From Candidatus Latescibacterota bacterium (lineage in GTDB: Bacteria > Latescibacterota > UBA2968 > UBA8231): a DNA stretch of 64,000 nt. Positions within the stretch are counted from its first letter, which is position 1, and every line of letters begins with the position of its first letter. The notes beneath the pieces were generated by a model. The model worked only from the letters and a program-made list of their open reading frames with translations, did not search any database and was not told where the DNA came from. Where the stretch lies: NCBI GenBank assembly GCA_963422735.1, contig OY730476.1:3872001-3936000 (forward strand), given 5' to 3'. A program made the position numbers and the translations under genes. This document shows positions 60,530-64,000 of the stretch, one piece after another.

Positions 60530-61110
60530 TATATTCATATCGCCGAGGACGACGGTGTCGTGGCGATCAATCCAGTTCGCGCTGGCGTCGGAGCCGGTTT
60601 TTCTTGCCGGCCTCCGGTCGCAAATGCAACGAAATCAGTACGAAGTCTAAGGCCCCGTCTAGCGAACGGAAGGCAACGGGGTTAGGGAACGCGCTCGTAG
60701 TCGGTGTGGGCGGAGCGGTCCCCGCAGGTAGATTATTGGCCCGTGCGACCTTTAGAAGGCCGGTCGCTGAGCCTCGCCCGTCCCGGTATCCTCCTCGGAC
60801 AGGATGTGGGAAAAGCCCAACGCCGACATCGCCGCGAAATACTCGGCGGCTTCTGCATCGGGTTTGTAGGCTTTGCCGTTGGGGAATCGGCCCTTGTAAG
60901 GCGGGCGACAAGCTCTTGGATTGCGGCGATAGCGCAATTGCTGACGGCCCGGGCGAGCATTTGGTCATCGCGGACCTTAGATTGGCCCAAAAACTGAATG
61001 TTGAAGGAGCAGACAGTCAGCGCCGTCGGGTGTTTGGTTTGTGGCTTTAATAGGAGATACGCGGCGACCACTAGCAACGCGATGGCAATTCCCATGATTA
61101 GATAGCGCAT
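60530..61110 (-). pseudogene. DNase I-like endonuclease/exonuclease/phosphatase, frameshifted
   Basis: CSFNIQFLG, AIQEL, DFVLISLHL spread over different frames. Confidence 0.75.
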
Positions 61111-61160
61111 TTGTCAACTCATCTCAGGGCTCGGCTCAGTGCAGTTTGGTTATATTTGCT

Positions 61161-61357
61161 TAACTAACGTTACGCAGTGGTTTGTCGCGGACGAACCAGT
61201 CCATGCGGGCGGTCCCAACCGGTGGCCCCCGCTGGATGTCACGCCTAAAAGCCTGCGCCCGCGCAAGCGGGCTTCACCGCGCCTTTAGGCGTGACATCCA
61301 GTAGGGGGAAGTGGGACAAAACCGCGTAGGGTGCGGCAAACTGCGTAGCATCAGTTA
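61161..61357. repeat. Nested palindromic element (MITE/REP-like)
   Basis: Outer 18-bp IR (15/18 match), inner perfect 18-bp IR ctggatgtcacgcctaaa, central gcccgc-GCAA-gcgggc hairpin. Confidence 0.85.
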
Positions 61358-61399
61358 TTTATACAAAACGCCACTTCGACCCAAAACGCGAGGCAAGAC

Positions 61400-63019
61400 A
61401 TGTACGACCTGTTAATCCGCAACGCCCAGCTTCTCGACGGCAGCGGCCAGCCGGCTTTTAGCGGCGACATCGCCGTTGAGCAGGGCCGCATCGTGGCCAT
61501 CGGCGACCTTGCTGCGGCTACTGCCCGGCACACCATCAACGCCGAAGGCCGCATTGCCTGCCCCGGCTTTATCGACATCCACACGCATTCGGACCTGACC
61601 ATTGCCCTCGACGGCCGCGCGCTCAGCTCCCTCGCGCAGGGCATTACGACCCAAGTCATGGGCAACTGCGGCGTCTCGGCCGCGCCCACCCGCGACTACG
61701 AGCCGTACTACGGCCCACTCGACCCGGCGATGACCCGTGGCTTGGAATGCGATTGGACCCATTTTGGCGATTATTTCCAGCGGCTTGAGGCCAATGGATT
61801 GGGCACGAACGCCGCGACTTTGGTCGGCCACGGCAATGTGCGCGTTGCCGCCATGGGTTACGACGACCGCCCGCCGACTGCGGCCGAGATGGAGCAGATG
61901 AAGGTGCTCGTCGCCCGTGCGATGGAAGACGGTGCGATGGGACTTTCGTCGGGCTTGGCCTACGCGCCCGGCCCGTATGCGGCGTTGGAAGAACTGGTCG
62001 AGTTGGGGCAGGTCGTCTCTGAGTACGGCGGCATCTACACCTCGCACATCCGCAACCAGACCGAGTCGATTGCCCAAGCTGTCGGCGAGGTCATTGCCGT
62101 CGGCGAGCAAGCCGCGGTTGCGGCCCACGTCTCGCACATGCAGCCCGGTGCCCCGATGATAGGCGCGACTAGCGACTTACTCGCTACGATTGACCAGAAA
62201 CGCCGCGCGGGCTGCGACATTAGCTGCGACGCCATTCCCTATACGGTCGGCAGCACCACTCTCAAGTCGCTGTTGCCTCCTTGGGCCTTGGCCGGCGGCG
62301 ACGAGGCCCTGCTGAAGAGGCTCCAAGACCCGGAGACCCGCGCCAAGATCGAGCAGGACACCAGGCAGTACGGAGCTGAGAGCGGTGGCAGCCGCAAGCG
62401 CAACTTGGCGCGGAATGGGCAATGGGACAAGATCTGGTTGGGCAGTGCCGAGCGAAACGCCGCCCTAGTCGGCCTGAGCTTTGCCGAGATTGGTCGGCGG
62501 CGCGGCCAAGACCCCCACGACGCGGTCTGCGACATTCTCGTCGAAGAGCGCGCGCGGCCGTGGATGCTGGCCGAGGATGTGTCTGAGGAGGACTTCCTCA
62601 ACATCGCCCGCCATCCCACCGGCGGCGTCATCTCCGATGGTTTCTCGCTGGTGCCCGAAGGAACTTTGGCCGAGGGCAAGCACCATCCTCGATCTTATGG
62701 GGCCTTCCCCTACTTCCTGCGCCGCTTCGTCCGCGAGCAAGACGCACTGCACTGGCACGAGGCTATCCACAAGCTCACCGGCCACCCCGCCGCCCGCTTC
62801 CGCTTGGGTGCGCGGGGACTCTTGCGCGAAGGCTATTGGGCCGATCTCGTGGTCTTTGACCCCGAAGCCATCGGCGAGTGTGCCGACTTTGCCAACCCGT
62901 ACTGCTACCCGCAGGGCATCGACTGCGTAATTGTCAATGGACGGATCGCTGTTGAACAAGGAGAAATAGCCGACAGCCGCGCCGGACAGATCGTCCGGGC
63001 CGCGCCGGCTTCGACCTAA
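61400..63019 (+). CDS. N-acyl-D-amino-acid deacylase (D-aminoacylase)
   Basis: PGFIDIHTHSD, GNCG, YTSHIR, HPRSYGAF, GYWADLVVFDP. Confidence 0.92.
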   Translation: MYDLLIRNAQLLDGSGQPAFSGDIAVEQGRIVAIGDLAAATARHTINAEGRIACPGFIDIHTHSDLTIALDGRALSSLAQGITTQVMGNCGVSAAPTRDYEPYYGPLDPAMTRGLECDWTHFGDYFQRLEANGLGTNAATLVGHGNVRVAAMGYDDRPPTAAEMEQMKVLVARAMEDGAMGLSSGLAYAPGPYAALEELVELGQVVSEYGGIYTSHIRNQTESIAQAVGEVIAVGEQAAVAAHVSHMQPGAPMIGATSDLLATIDQKRRAGCDISCDAIPYTVGSTTLKSLLPPWALAGGDEALLKRLQDPETRAKIEQDTRQYGAESGGSRKRNLARNGQWDKIWLGSAERNAALVGLSFAEIGRRRGQDPHDAVCDILVEERARPWMLAEDVSEEDFLNIARHPTGGVISDGFSLVPEGTLAEGKHHPRSYGAFPYFLRRFVREQDALHWHEAIHKLTGHPAARFRLGARGLLREGYWADLVVFDPEAIGECADFANPYCYPQGIDCVIVNGRIAVEQGEIADSRAGQIVRAAPAST

Positions 63020-63061
63020 GCACTTAGCTGAAGGGCGGTTGCTGCCCCTTAGTGCTCAATG

Positions 63062-63096
63062 AAGCCCCGTCCCTCTTGTTTGAGGGCGGGGTTTTT
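63062..63096 (+). terminator. Hairpin with T-run (terminator; also resembles an IS200/IS605 end)
   Basis: aagccccgtccctc-ttgttt-gagggcggggttttt. Confidence 0.65.
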
Positions 63097-63138
63097 AAGA
63101 TGTGCTGTATGTACGCAAAATACGAAATATGCCGATAT

Positions 63139-63167
63139 TTGACAAAGAGTGTTCGATAATCTAAACT
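63139..63167 (+). promoter_or_regulatory. Sigma-70 promoter of the XRE-ImmA gene
   Basis: TTGACA-N17-TAAACT. Confidence 0.65.
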
Positions 63168-63202
63168 ATTTGTCGTCACCTATCTACTTAGGAAGGTGCT
63201 CC

Positions 63203-64000
63203 ATGGCCATTACCCTTGCAGAAATCGGGCGACGATTGCGCGTGGCACGGGAAAGTCGGCAACTCACGCAGGAGGTCGCCGGTGAGGCACTCGGCCTACG
63301 ACGCTCGGCGATCAGCCTCATGGAATCCGGCCAGCGGCAGGTCTCCACGCTCGAACTGACCCGGCTTGCCGAGTTGTACGGTCGGCCAGTCGAATGGTTC
63401 GTCAACCCCAACAGCCCAGTTGAACGAGAAGACCCGGTCGTCGCGCTCTTTCGCGCCGAGCCGGGCCTGCAAGGCGAGGTCGTCCAAAAGCAGGCTCAGC
63501 GTTGTATGCGCTTGCTCCGAGAAGGAGCGTCGCTGCGGCGGCTGACGGGTGCCAGAGTTGCTGTCTCCCTACCGCGTTACGAACTGCCGCCTCCGCGCTC
63601 TGTGGGACAGGCGATTGACCAAGGCCAGCTTGTGGCTGAGCAAGAGCGGCGTCGTCTCGATTTGGGCAATGCACCCGTCAAAGTGCCTGAGACCTTGGCT
63701 CACCAGAATATCTGGACGGCTGCTTTGCCGTTGCCCGATGAAATATCGGGTCTCTTTCTGAGCAGCCCCGACTTTGGCATGGCGATTTTGGCCAATCTCG
63801 CTCAAGCCCCGGTGCGGCGGCGGTTTTCGTTCGCCCACGAACACGGCCACGCGCTTATGGACCGCGATGAGCTAGCCACTGTTACAAGCACCCACAACGC
63901 CCAGACGCGCACCGAACAGCGGGCCAATGCCTTTGCCGCTGCTTTCCTCATGCCGGAGGAAGGGGTACGAGATTTTCTGCACAACTTGGGCAAAGGAAGG
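63203..64000 (+). CDS. XRE HTH fused to an ImmA/IrrE metallopeptidase (runs off the window)
   Basis: IGRRLRVARE...ISLMESGQR, RRRFSFAHEHGH (HExxH), EQRANAFAAAFLMP. Absent from the ORF track because it has no stop. Confidence 0.92.
   Translation, partial: MAITLAEIGRRLRVARESRQLTQEVAGEALGLRRSAISLMESGQRQVSTLELTRLAELYGRPVEWFVNPNSPVEREDPVVALFRAEPGLQGEVVQKQAQRCMRLLREGASLRRLTGARVAVSLPRYELPPPRSVGQAIDQGQLVAEQERRRLDLGNAPVKVPETLAHQNIWTAALPLPDEISGLFLSSPDFGMAILANLAQAPVRRRFSFAHEHGHALMDRDELATVTSTHNAQTRTEQRANAFAAAFLMPEEGVRDFLHNLGKGR

Overview
GC-rich bacterial chromosome segment. The gene content (secreted proteins with FlgD-Ig/PNGDG C-termini, two mannonate dehydratase paralogs, PhyH dioxygenases, ankyrin and FN3 proteins, many eroded genes) suggests a Latescibacterota/FCB-related, possibly sponge-associated lineage; this is inference only. 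Intact functions: sugar-acid catabolism (uxuA x2, IlvD-type dehydratase, dgoD), a fused substrate-binding/permease sugar ABC system, frdABCD, hemF, ctaA, psd, purO-like IMP cyclohydrolase, rpsU-csp, rpsR followed by a lone BMC shell gene, arfB, a sigma-70 factor, oligoendopeptidase F, two peptide-binding proteins, a D-aminoacylase, an MjaI-family R-M pair and a partial XRE-ImmA/IrrE gene. Many defence and accessory genes are pseudogenised. No rRNA, tRNA or CRISPR array was seen. The best leads are: three large paralogous secreted proteins sharing a T9SS-like C-terminal domain ending in VAY; nested palindromic MITE/REP-like elements; rpsR apparently starting at ATC; bS21 with a (GGRGT)7 tail; a PIN cassette inside a type ISP R-M gene; a heptamer array between 34-bp direct repeats; and a possible CCWGG deamination signature. 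All family assignments come from motif recognition by eye, not database searches.
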